This document shows positions 23,901 to 36,768 of a stretch of DNA of 47,837 nucleotides, piece after piece (within the stretch, counting starts at the first letter, position 1; the number at the start of each line of letters is the position of its first letter). The stretch comes from Octopus bimaculoides (taxonomy: Eukaryota): the NCBI RefSeq assembly GCF_001194135.2, contig NC_068987.1, positions 35,544,575 through 35,592,411 of the forward strand, given 5' to 3'. The position numbers and the translations under genes are program-made. A model generated the notes under the pieces. It worked only from the letters and a program-made list of their open reading frames with translations. It made no database searches and had not been told where the DNA came from.

Positions 23901-25129
23901 AGGAACGTTTCTATCCTCCGTGACCACTTAGTAAATATCTAGCTCTCCTGCACAAAAGATATCTTCCTTTCTACTGTCCATTTTCACAAAAATAGTGCGA
24001 ATGAAGATAGTAGACAATGAGATGCGTGAAGGCAAAGGACCTTTCTTGCAAAATGGCGCTGAAGTTTGGGGTCTTACTCATGCATATTCCCTATAACTAC
24101 ATTTCAACTTCAACGTATATGAACCATTTCTTGAGCGCCGATATGTTATCGACACCCACTTGCTAATCATACGTCGTCTTGCTAATTTTCCAGGATTTCT
24201 AGAGACACTTCTATTGCAACTCTTATTTCATGTTTTCAGAAGCTGTTCAACGTGTCTCCCATCCACATGCTTCCCGGTTATATAAACTTGGGTAAGTGGT
24301 AGGAGACTAAAGAGAGCTGAACACTATAAGGTCTTCAAATTAAATTCTCTCAGACAAGGGTTTTGGCCCATAATTTCTTTCACTCCTAAGGGGCTAGGTT
24401 GCATCCAGGCCATGAATCCTGGCCGCCATTCTGCTGATATTATTTAGCCACTTGGATAACGGAAACTTGTGCATTTAAGCCGCCTGTTGATTTCATCAAG
24501 TTCTAACTCCTCTACATTGACTCTGCTCTCAAACTTATACTTAAGGTAGCAATATATAAGACTCGCACTTTCTCTGCTTTGGACTGTCACATTCGCAGTA
24601 GAGCTGGGGTAGTTGGTGTTAGAGTTAGCAGCAGTAATATTTGAAGTGATATGCATTTTCTGTTTTAAGCAGTTGTAGTAGCCCGAGGTGGTGGATATAC
24701 CGGTGCTATTCTTGTGGCCGATGACTGTTTTACTTGCTTTCCCATTAGCATTATACGTGTTGTTTAGGATACGCTAATCACTAATAAGTTGCGGCGGTGA
24801 AGACACTGATAATCATGGTGGTAAATGATCACGATTTCGTTCTTTTCTGTTATTGAATTAAAGATGCTGCTGACGTGGATAGTGCTTTTGTTGTCACCTC
24901 AAGTGCTGTTGAAGTAGTGGTGGCGATGCTGGTAGATTGTTTGATACATTGTTTCATTGCTGTTGTTCCCATCGCAGTTGTTTCCAATAATCACAGTGGT
25001 GGTAGAGTAATTTTCAATCATTGTAATTTGTGAGTAGGATGTCTTCGTCCACGAAGAGACCAAGGAGAAGTTTCTTCTTATTAGGATTCAACATCATCTC
25101 AAAAATACCTTACACTTCTTTTAGCTGGC

Positions 25130-26670
25130 TATTGCATATGGATTACTTAAACATCTTCGGTAAGGGTGAGCGTGAAATAAATGGACTGGTGTCGACAGTG
25201 TAGGTTGTGGGGGTGAAATTTGGAAGTAAAAATTGTAATATGCATATCATTAAAAAAGGAGGAGCAAAGTATGATCATTTGATGCTGGAAAACTACCACA
25301 CAGTGAACGAATTATGAATGTTGAAGTGGAAGGATATAAGAATCTGGATATTTTAGAACATGAAAAATTGAAGAGAGTATGCTAAAAGAAACATGTAGGT
25401 GAGAATAACATAGGAGAATCGAATTAATCATTAAGAGTAGACTAAATGGAAAGAACAATATCAGGACAATGAATACATGGGTTATATGCTTAATACGATA
25501 AGGTGCAGGTGGTGTTAGATGGACAAAGAAGGGGCTTGAGGAAATGGATAGAAAAACTAGGAAAGTTTTAACAATGAAAAGGAACTGCACCGTAAAAGCT
25601 ATGTCAGTAGACTATACGCACCTAAACACAATGGAAGAAGATGTCACATACGCGGCAAGATGTGAGTTGCCAGTGTGAAAAGCAAAAGACAAATTGAATC
25701 TTTGGGTATTGCTGTTGGAAATAGCAAGACGATATCTAATAAAATTGCAACACATCCAAAAATATTTAAGAAACAAGATGGTGAATAAGTTTTGATCAAC
25801 CGGAAAAAACTAAAGTGATACATGGGTAATATCTCAAAGATATAGAAGGGAAATCGAAGGCCAACACCTGTAAATGGCTAAGAAAACGGGATCCGAATGG
25901 CTACACTGACGTAGTAATATGCCACGCTTAGGAAAAAATCTGTGAACTAATTACACCAAGTTCCAAAATGTAAGAATAGTGAATCGTCCTTTAGGATGCG
26001 TGGCAGCAAAAACGAAACAGTTTCATGTATTGTGAGTGTTGCAAACTGGTTCAAAAACAATGTAAAAAAAGGGATGATAAGCTATGAATGCCTGTTGGAG
26101 TTTGTGTGAAAAGTACAGTCTTAAATGAACATTGAAGTGGCATGGGCATCAAACAGAAAGTATCCTCAAGAGTAATGAGTATAAGATCTTGTGGGATTTT
26201 ACAGTACAGCGTGATTCAGTGTTGCATGCTCGCAGACCAGACATTGTCGTAGTTCAATGGATAAAGGAAGCTAAGACCATACGAATTTCCCATACCTGGG
26301 GGTGTACTAGTGAATGACAAAGAACTAGAAAAGATTGAAAAGTGCAAACCACTAAAATATGTGTTTGCACGAATGTGGACAATGAAGAATGTAACTTTCA
26401 TACCAGTTGTTGCCGGGGCACTCAGAGCATTAAGAAGCAGATTTGATAGAGACTGGGATTGACATAGAGGAACAACATGCTCAGACAACTGCTTTCTTGA
26501 CGATAACGAGAATTTGTGATTGGTACTTGTATGTTAAGTATCGTGGAATGAGATCCCGTGAAATCTTTGACAACAGATTGTTCTCTGCTATTAGATGATT
26601 AGCTAGGGCAAGTGAAAAAAAACAAAAGGTTTGAGAATTGAAACGGAAATGATGATGATGATGATGATGA
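25130..26670 (+). mobile_element. Dong-like LINE 3' half (lineage D), ending in (GAT)n
   Basis: HMDY for YMDD, SRLNGKNNIRTMNTW, MDRKTRKVLTM, ILWDFTVQRD..RRPDIVV, IPVVAGAL; (ATG)n at 26649-26670. Confidence 0.85.
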
Positions 26671-27907
26671 GTACCTGCAGCGAGTGAGGAAAATATTGGC
26701 TTCAAAGCTGAGTGCGAGAAACATAATTTCGGTAATAAACTCGCGCGCAGTCGCAGTAGTTCGGAATGGCGCTTGAATCCTGAAGTGGACAGAATGAAGC
26801 CCATCGTCCACGTGCAGACTCTGATCCCTATACATGAAGACAGCAAATGGTGGAAGGGGAGTAATAAGTGTAGAAGACTGCATGCGTACTGAACTCGAGA
26901 GGTTAATGAGATACCTAGACCAAAATAAGGAAACAGTTAGGAACGAGGAAGTATTGAGATCAGACAAAAATTGGAAAACAAAGGAAGAACAAACTGAACA
27001 TGAAGAAGAATTATGCAAGAAGGGTCTCGTCAATCAATTCCATATAGGAACGACAGAAGTTGCTGGAAAAAATAGGTGGGATTGCCTGATGAAAGGAACA
27101 CTAAAAAAAGAAACCGAGGGCACTAAACTGGAAGCGCAGGACCAAACTCTGGCCACGAACTGGAGGGTCAACCTTAGAAATGAGCAAGTATCTCTGCTGT
27201 GCCACCTCAGCAATAGAGTCGATGAAACCATTGCCCGTATTCTGAACGAATGCCTGAGACTAGCCCCAAACCATTACTAGTTGTGGTGACACGACTAGAT
27301 AACGAAACGTTAGAAATTGTGCGAAAAGTGGAGGCTAGAGAGAGAAAAGACGTGTTATAAGCACAAACCGCTGAGAGTGGCAGAGTCGGAGACTAGCGAA
27401 ATCCTCTGCGATTTCTCAATCCAAGAATCCGGCTCTAGAGCATAATAGACCGGACCTAATGGTGGCGGACAAGGTGCAACACATATGATATACAGTTGAC
27501 GTTGCATGCCCCTTTGACCCACGAATAGTCAAGAAGGAAGGCGAAAAAACAGACAGATACAACCCTCTTAAGCACGAAATAGCCTGGCTACGGAAAATGA
27601 AGAAGGTGATGATAGTGCCAATTATTTTTGGGTCCTTGGGAACAGTATCAGAATGCATCAAGAGGAATATAAAGAACTGTTAAAAAAGGAAATAGTTTGG
27701 AACGAGGAAGTATTGATATCAGAGAAAAAAGGGAAAACAAAGGAAGAACAAACTGGACATGAAGAAGAATTATGCAAGAAGGGCCTCGTCAATCAATTCC
27801 ATGTATCAACGACAGAAGTTGCACGGGAAAATATGTGGGATTGCCTGATGAAAGGAACCCCCCCCCAAAAAAAAAAAGAAAAAGAGACAGGGAGCACTAA
27901 ACTGGAA
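26671..27907 (+). mobile_element. Dong-like LINE fragment (lineage E) followed by a partial duplicate
   Basis: YLQRVRKILASKL..GGRGVISVEDC..LKKETEG..AQDQ..DETIARI..CPFDPRIVKKE..IIFGSLG; 27686-27907 repeats 26927-27133. Confidence 0.88.
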
Positions 27908-28479
27908 TAAATCTGAACCTGGGCCAAACCGAAAATGAAGGAGCTCCACAGTGAATAACAAACCTCATGGATGTGCATCATTTTTAAGAAACAGCAAGAA
28001 CTGGACAAAAAATATATTTTAATGTAAGTCATTTCAGGAAAGCGAATTATGTGTTTTATATGAATTATATCCTTACACGTTATCGATGCAAATCATGTAC
28101 TTTAAAATGTAAACACGTGGAGATACGATATCCCTATACAATAGTGTGAGTACGAACATTGATCAGTTAATCAATTTAATCACATATGCATTCCCATTTC
28201 TACGCATATACATACTATTGCTTCTTGCTTATATATCAACAAACATCGAACACACAGTGTTTAAACAACAAATAAATAAAGGAACACGCTTCATTTTAAA
28301 CAGAGAAAAACGTAGATATGCTCAGTCAGAAATTCATCAAAACAATACAGGTAGATCTTGATCTTTGAGCCTCAGGCAATCACAATATTAAAGAAGACTT
28401 AGCACACGCCAATAGACGGTTTTCCGTAAAAAAAAAAGTAGCACTGATCAGACAGACCCATCTCTTAATATCACTACGC

Positions 28480-30330
28480 AAAAAGAAAAGTACAACCCAA
28501 AAAAGGACAAAGGCGATTACATTGAAGTACTATATGCATTCTACACTGCAACACTATAGCCAAAACACACAGGAATAATACATCATACAAAATACACTTG
28601 CCTACGTCCGACGATGTATCCTGCAAAATGGAACGATCCTAAAACCTAAGTAGTCAAACTCATAGAAAAATTACACATTGAAAATAAAACAAAATACACA
28701 ACAACTCAAAACTATAGGCTACTGTCAAACAAAAATAGCACATCATGTATTATATCTCCAAACTACATCAGGACCCACAAAGAAAGAAACGCAACGGCCG
28801 GAAGCAATAATAACAAGAGCACTCAAACAGCGCAAACCTCAGCCATGGCAACACCAACGTTCTCTCAACAATTATCGGAGATGGTTTCTAAAATCAGAAT
28901 ATCTGAAATAAACTCGATTACTCTCACAAATGAGAATAGCATAAATGCACGCAATCGCTCTCAAAGATTGAGTGAAAAAAACGGAAAAAATAATCCAGAA
29001 TTCTTATCCGCTACCAGATCGATCCCAAAATCGAAGCAGGTCGTGCCAATCATGCGGCCAAAAATCCGTAAAGGTTTCATCAGAATCCATCAAACGATTC
29101 TTGAGATATCTTGTCCAGGGTCAATCAAAGAAACAAAACTTAAAATGATACTTCCGCCTTAGCGAACGCGATGGTAAAATTAGAGGAAAACATAACTAGT
29201 CGATGAAAATACGTCTGCGTAAAGGACAAATATTAACAGCTTTGTGAAAGGTGAGAAAGATACAACAAAGCCCTACAATAAATAATGACCGCATCAAAAG
29301 ATACCCTGGATATTGACAGACTAAACCAACCATCTGATCTATTCAAAAGCTGCAGGGATATCCAAGGAGTCTTGACTTGATCCTTACAAACACAAATTAA
29401 ATCACAGCCAAATCACAAATCACAAACCCCAAAATGGAAAGAGAACATAATAAGCAATATTAAGAATGTAAAGTAAGACTTAGCTGTACTTTGTGAATTA
29501 ACAAGAGACGGATCGAACATGAAGGAGAAGAAAAGAAGGCTTATATAGCAAAACAATACAACATAAGAAATAAAGAAGCTGCATAGAGGTAAAAGAAAAA
29601 AAATAAGCGGGACATAAAAGCAAAAACGTGAGACGAGAAACTGGATCGCAGCAAAAACCAGACTCGAGAAACCGGAGCACTAATTTTAGTTCCTCGAGAA
29701 CAAAAATTAGAATTAACAAGATAAGCCTTAATCAGATAGAGAACGAGGAATCCGTGGGTAGCGAAACAGAAATATTAGCATTCTCGTAATCTAATGCATT
29801 AAGCTAACATTAATACAAAAATGTATAGGTGCAATCATGACTGTGTCGGTAAAAGAGTGCATTGGAATTGTAGTAGTGTTTGTGGATTCTATGTGGTAGA
29901 ATGGCTAGGTGAGCATGGACTACTGGCCATCCTAGTGAATAATAATTCTAGGTTTTTAATGGATTCCCCTATGTAGAGCCATGTCATATAATTGAAGCAA
30001 AAAAAAACACATACTTTTATAGAGGACAAAACAAAACCTGTCGTTTCTTAGCCTTTGCAAATACCGTATTATAGCAGATAGCAAAAAGAAGATGATTTAA
30101 ATTAATTGGTGCCTAAGCTATTCGTACTTCGAACTGATTTATAGCATATAGCAAAAAGAAATTAAAAAAATTGAGAAATATCAGGACCTAGTCAGAGCGA
30201 TAAAGAGATTGTCGAAGATTAAGAGGATATTTATTGTTGTGGTAATTGGTACACTTGGTACTTCATACAAACTGTTTCATAAGAATCGGAAGGATATTCG
30301 AACTGCGATTCACATTGTTGGCATCCAACA
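28480..30330 (+). mobile_element. Highly decayed Dong-like LINE (lineage F) lacking RT
   Basis: DYIEVLYAFYTATL, PKWKENI, then a jump near 29640 to ETGALIL; HDCVGKRVHW (29838-29880); KKIEKYQDL..VVVIGTLG (30160-30270). Confidence 0.7.
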
Positions 30331-31160
30331 AGGAGCAATCCTGTATTCTTCAAGGATCCTAAAAAAGGGTTGTTTTTTTTAATTTGAGGAGGTAATTTTA
30401 ATAAGGAACAAACTTTCTTCATTAGACACATAAACTTCTCAGAAATATCACAATCTGAAATGTACGATGATCAGTGGATTAATAACCACCTGTTCGTTTG
30501 GAATGGGAAGATATATAAGCACTTCACATATGAATGAATACATTGAATTGAAGTGGAGTTGTCAAATGTTTATCAATAATAAACGCAGACATTTTTGAAT
30601 TGCAGAATGAACCATATAAGTATGACATAATAAAACAAGAACATTTTTTCGAATGCATCGTTTCGCAAATGTTCGGAACATCTCTTGCATTAGCACTAGC
30701 ATATTCTGTCTGTCAGGTTTCTATTCGATATTTTATGGATCTCAATCATTCTCTTTATCTTTTCTTTTATTGTCGCTCAATGGAGGAGCAACAATATAGA
30801 TCCGAAGAAGGGTAAATTTGTTTTGAGCAGGATCCTCAGCTTATATTTTTTGTTGGAATTTATCTACATTTGCGGAGACACCTTCCGCGTTCTTCGTTAT
30901 ATTTTCATTTTTTTCAAGGGTTTGAAATGTCTTTTCAGCGACAGTCACGAATATATCATGGCTTAGAACTCTTACTCTCTTCAATGTTGTGGGGATTGTT
31001 TGCTATTGTTACTATGGATACATCTGCATCATTTCGTCGCCATTATGAACACTAACCATGCCCAGTAAAGGACTTACCCAGTTTTCTGTTCAACTCCCTA
31101 TACCGAGTACCTGGCAACAATGCTTTACAAATTCGAAAACATGATTGTTGCAACAAGAAC

Positions 31161-31360
31161 GCGATGAGTCCTCATGATCGTTAACAGACTGAGCAAAATG
31201 CTTTCTCCCATCTTTACGTTCTGAATTGAAATTCCTCCCAGATCGTCTTTGTCTATCATCCTTTCAGATTCGATGAAATAAGTTCAAGCACTAGGTTCGA
31301 TGTAAGTGACTAGTCCCCACCCTCAAATCTTCAGGTGTTTTGTCTATAATAGAAAGAGAG
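31161..31360 (+). mobile_element. Degenerate tRNA-derived SINE (3872/6149 family)
   Basis: TCTTTACGTTCTGAATTGAAATTCC..ATCATCCTTT..GATGAAATAAGT..TAGAAAGAG. Confidence 0.7.
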
Positions 31361-31600
31361 AATTTATTATTGGAATAAGAGGCTCAAAATCAAATGGTAT
31401 TTTGTTGACATTTTGTATATTTTTTATGTAATGAGGAGGATATGCGTATGAGGATTTCCATGCCACATCTATAACATAAGTTTGTGACATTCACCGTCGC
31501 TTGCAGTATTCATATTTTAGCGGCCACTACCATGCACAATTTCAAAATGAACATATGAATTTCTTGGTCAATAAAAAGTTGAAAGACCATACTAAACCTT

Positions 31601-31772
31601 CGAAAAATACCTTAGGAATAGGAACCCAGGTTCGAAATTTCCCCAAGACACATGATGAAGGCTGGAGGGTATATCAGCCGAAACAATGTGTTAAGAATAA
31701 ACAAGATGAGGACAAATATCTGTCAAATGTAAATAATGTAAACGATGTACATAATTCCTCGTCTCTTAAATG
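31601..31772 (+). mobile_element. Headless 3' body of the hammerhead-SINE family
   Basis: Homologous to 19465-19625; ACAC-ATGATGA-A-GGCTG[gagggtatat]CAGCC-GAAA-CAAT-GTGTT at 31648-31692. Confidence 0.88.
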
Positions 31773-32462
31773 TAGAGTTTCAGCTTATATGTCGTTTCGT
31801 TTCTCATTTTGCTCTCTTAAAACGCCCAAAGACCCACATGTGACAACCTTTCATTGTCTCGAAGCCTCTGGTTGTTCCTCTCACTAGGAACATTGTGTTG
31901 CTTTGACTAATTTACAGCAGTATAAATTAATAGTCGAATGAAAGTGTTATTGTTTTCGGCTTCTCTGCTGACTTCGTGCAGAGAAGTAAAAGTAAGCAGC
32001 CGATTTCATAAATTATCTCTTCCATTAGACGAATAATGACTTATAAAACATCAAGTGCCTGTTGAAATTCATTATCTGGAGGTACGTATCATGACCCTCT
32101 TGTTTTCTACTTTTACGCTTTTACAGAAACCTTACGGTAAGAGAGAAATAAAGAGAGGTTGTCATAGTTCAGCACTGCTAAATTTGAGTATCCATGTGCA
32201 ATGTACGGTGATTAAAAGTATTTCTGTCGCAATGCGTTTACTAATTTTGAAATATCTGATAGCTAATTTGAAGCATACGATTGCATTGGACAACATTTTC
32301 CTAAAAGCAACCTTTATTTTCAGAAAGGTAGTTTTCTGAAAGCTATATAACTGTTATCACTGCATTTGATTCCACACCCAACAATTCAAGCTTGATTCGC
32401 ATACATCGAATTGCACCAGTGTTTGCTTTATTTATATCAATATTATTATTATATAACGAATT

Positions 32463-32853
32463 TCAGTTCGAAGTACGAATAGCTTAGACACCAATTAATT
32501 TAAGACCTCTTATTTTTGCTATCTGCTATAATACGGAATGTGCAAAGGCTAAGATACTACATGTTTTGGTTTGTCCTCTATAAACGTATGTAGTTTTATT
32601 GCTTCAATTATATGACATGGCTCTACATACATAAGGGAATCCATTAAAAATCTAGAATTGTTATTCACTAGGATTGCCAGTAGTCCATACTCACCTAGCC
32701 ATTCTACCACATAGAATCCACAAACACTACTACAATTCCAATGCACTCTTTTACCGACAGTGCATTTTTGTATTAATGTTAGCTTAATGCATTGACTTGC
32801 GGGAATGCTAATGATTCCGTTTCGCTAACCACCTATTCCACGTTTTCTCTCTG
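32463..32853 (-). mobile_element. Inverted copy of 29733-30137 (Dong zinc-knuckle/RLE region)
   Basis: Reverse-complement alignment over ~390 bp with one ~16-nt indel. Confidence 0.9.
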
Positions 32854-34012
32854 CATTTTCCATTAAAAGATTATTGTGATGTGTTAATGTATGTCTGCAA
32901 CGAAATATGTTAGTGACTAACATAAAATATCTCATTTTAATAAGGTATGGCTTATGCGAAAAAGTATTGCTAGATTTATATAAAACGACCGTAAAATATA
33001 CACCTGAGTTGTGTCAACAACAAAGTTTTCTTCCTTATATAAGTAATCAACCGAACAAAATATAGTCTAATATATTAATAAATATTTCGATTTCTTAATG
33101 GATTAAAATTATGTTAGCATGAGTACACAAAAACCGAATTGCTTTAAATAGGTAGTTGTAAAATATCAGTAGCGTACGTAGGAATCATTTACCCGAACGT
33201 ATTTCATTTCATAGAAAGTTCTGCATCAATTTTTGAAATAAATAACACTGCCCATAAGTGTATCACACATGTCAATGTTTTTATGAGTACGAGCCAATCC
33301 ATAAGTTTTCAACATATATAATGTTAATCATTCAAATGAATACTTAAATTATTTCATATACTTTGAAACAAGTACAAAACGCCTAAACATCACAATGGCG
33401 TGAAACCCGAGTTGGGAGACAAATTCTCGTGTATGTGTGTCAATAAATATAAAACAAAAAAAAACAGCTATGCAGAAGCTTCTTTTTCGTGCTGTTTTTT
33501 CCCCATTCCCTTTATTTGTACTGTTTGGTTTGGAACAAAACATTTTCTGAATCCTATAGTATGGTGTTTCCAGACTTTTACAAATTCATTTTCACAATAC
33601 ACAACTGAAAAGATATTATTCTGGTAAATCCAGGTTTATTCTATATCTGTTTACGTGCGATACTTCATTATGATTTGCGTTTGTGTGTTAATATTCGGAA
33701 GCCTAACATCGATATTCATATCATTTTGGTTGTTCATTTGCAAGTAAAATTGTTGTGCTAATAGTGTATTCTGCCTCAAGACGTAGCAAGTTTATTGCTC
33801 CAAACTAAATCTAACCGTATAAAGCGTAAATTCGCTGTAGCTTTTAAAATGTGTATTAAAGTATGTAAGTGCCCATAGTGTGCATTCATAAATATACATA
33901 TATACAATCACGCAGATAGGCACACAATGTACGCATCCTTACAGATAAATATGAACATGCATGCATGTATATCTGCACCTACTTGTTTTTATATTTGTGT
34001 ATATTTGTGTAC

Positions 34013-34051
<39 letters not shown>

Positions 34052-34723
34052 TGTGTGTGTGTGTGTGTGTTTGTGTATGTGTGTGTGTGAGAGAGAGAGA
34101 GAGCGCGTGTGAGTATGTTTGTGTGAGTGTGTGCACGTGTGCATATATGAATATATATGTGTGTGTATATACGTGTATATTAGTGGACAGAGAATTCCAT
34201 TCTTTTACATATAACAGAACCTTTTACCTGAAGGGAAGAAACATGTCACTTACTATTCGGTTCATGGTGCTGTCATTTACTGGTCTACCAATGTTTAAGT
34301 GCTGCGAGTGAATGCTTAAAAACTTATAAATCAATGAAACATCATAAGGAAGACTTGAACTTCATTCAATAATTATGTAATTAAAAATAGAAGAAACACC
34401 AGCTGACACGTACATATATCTTAACCTATAACGTCGTTGTGGTAAAGAAATGGTATTTAAACTTATTGTTATAAAGACAAAATTAGTATTCTCCTTTGAT
34501 TATATTCATATATAGATATATGTATGTGAGTATATTTATATGATATATGTTTATATAAGAACATATAAGCATATATGTGTTTATAATGTATGCATATGTA
34601 CACAAGTAATGAGTATATATCTAAATTTGTATCTATGTATAAGATATATACGTATATGTTCTAGATGTGTACACACTCACACACACGCACACGCACACCC
34701 GCACACACACACACGATCCCCCC

Positions 34724-34756
<33 letters not shown>

Positions 34757-35591
34757 CATATGCCTTTATATATATACATACAAACATACGTATTGCCCCG
34801 GGTGCGCGTGATTGTACGTGTGTGTATTCAAGTGTGTACGTATGGTTGCGTGTATATTCACAGTAGAGCACAGACAATACTCGTTTAATTCAAATTGTAA
34901 ATTAAACCAGCTTGCATGATTTATAATAGACTTTCTATAATATAAAATTACAAACATCTTAAAATATAATTATAAAAAGAAAAGCACGATATGAAACCTA
35001 AACAAAAAAATCTAAAACGAAATAAATAATCAAATACTTAAATAAATAAGAAACAAGCCATTTTAATTATTCTTGCCATTATATAGTTTATCAATATCAT
35101 GACTAATTTGAATATATTAGATTCGAAGAAGCCTTCCTGGATATAGGATAAATTATTTCTATGCCAAACAAAAATCAATAAAAAAAAACCAATTTTCGAA
35201 AATTGAATTAACTTGAAAAATCTGTATAGACTGTGGAGAAATTTTAATTAAATTTTTATTTACGGCTTAGAGCAAACGTCAATGTGTTAGTTCAAGAGAG
35301 GTTTTCGTGAATACTGAAATATAATATCTGTGTGTGGATGATGTAATGTGTCTCTAATATGTAAATATGCAAGGTTGTAGGCCGCTTGTTTCTTCAGTGC
35401 GTTACTATGTGCCCCTGCGTGCGTCTATCTGCATGCGTTCGTGTCTATCCTTGCTTAAATATATTCCTAAAATGCTTGTCTGTGACTGCAGGCGGTTAAT
35501 ACTAAATATACTTGACTCATTCTTGTGAATAATCAGCTGCATACATGCGTGTATGTGCGAGTGTACATGCAAGTAAATATGTAATTTTAAG

Positions 35592-35627
<36 letters not shown>

Positions 35628-36725
35628 NNNNNNNNNNNNNNNNNNNNNNNNNNNNNNNNNNNNNNNNNNNNNNNNNNNNNNNNNNNNNNNNNNNNNNNNN
35701 NNNNNNNNNNNNNNNNNNNNNNNNNNNNNNNNNNNNNNNNNNNNNNNNNNNNNNNNNNNNNNNNNNNNNNNNNNNNNNNNNNNNNNNNNNNNNNNNNNNN
35801 NNNNNNNNNNNNNNNNNNNNNNNNNNNNNNNNNNNNNNNNNNNNNNNNNNNNNNNNNNNNNNNNNNNNNNNNNNNNNNNNNNNNNNNNNNNNNNNNNNNN
35901 NNNNNNNNNNNNNNNNNNNNNNNNNNNNNNNNNNNNNNNNNNNNNNNNNNNNNNNNNNNNNNNNNNNNNNNNNNNNNNNNNNNNNNNNNNNNNNNNNNNN
36001 NNNNNNNNNNNNNNNNNNNNNNNNNNNNNNNNNNNNNNNNNNNNNNNNNNNNNNNNNNNNNNNNNNNNNATATATACGTATATATGTATGTATGTATAAT
36101 GGTGTACTTCTATATGTTTGCCAGAAATTCCGTACGTATATTCCAGCAAAATCAAACGTATATATCTCTTTTTCTATCGCATGTGCTTATGTTAATGTTT
36201 CTCAACTTACGTCGCTTAAAGTTAGTCTCTATTAATGCTGGTTCTACACACACCTTCAGTTGAGAATGTTTGTGCTGACCGGCACGTTGTCGTGCGTGAA
36301 TATGTGTGTGACGTGTTTCTGTGCGTGTGTGTATGTGTATGTGTGCGCGCGTACTTTTGCCTGTTTCTGCCTGTGCATGACATTGTGGAAGAGTTGTTGT
36401 TTGCTATAGGCGTAGCAGTAATAAATGTTTGTCTATACTACAATTTTATTGCAATTATATTCTGACCAAGCCTGCATTTTAGCCAAATGATTGTGTACAC
36501 ATTATATTTATGCATGTCACATGAATACGCTCTCTCTCTCTCTCTTTCTCTCTCTCTCTGTCACTCTCTCTCTCTCACTCACTCTCTCTCTCTCTCACTT
36601 TCTCTCTCTCTCTCTCTCATACACACACGCACATATACACATATGTATACGTTCTAGATGTGTGTATGTGTATATATAAAATATAATGTGTATGTGTGTG
36701 CGTGTGTATATGTGTGTGTTTGTTT

Positions 36726-36768
<43 letters not shown>

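Noticed and set aside
23352-24656. ORFs 23352-23564 and 24444-24656 as genes
   Set aside because: About 70 aa each, no recognisable motif and weak splice context; compatible with chance.
29733-32853. 3.1-kb DNA transposon with 400-bp TIRs
   Set aside because: The arms translate to Dong LINE sequence (HDCVGKRVHW) continuous with flanking LINE coding on both sides of the left arm; no TSD or transposase found.
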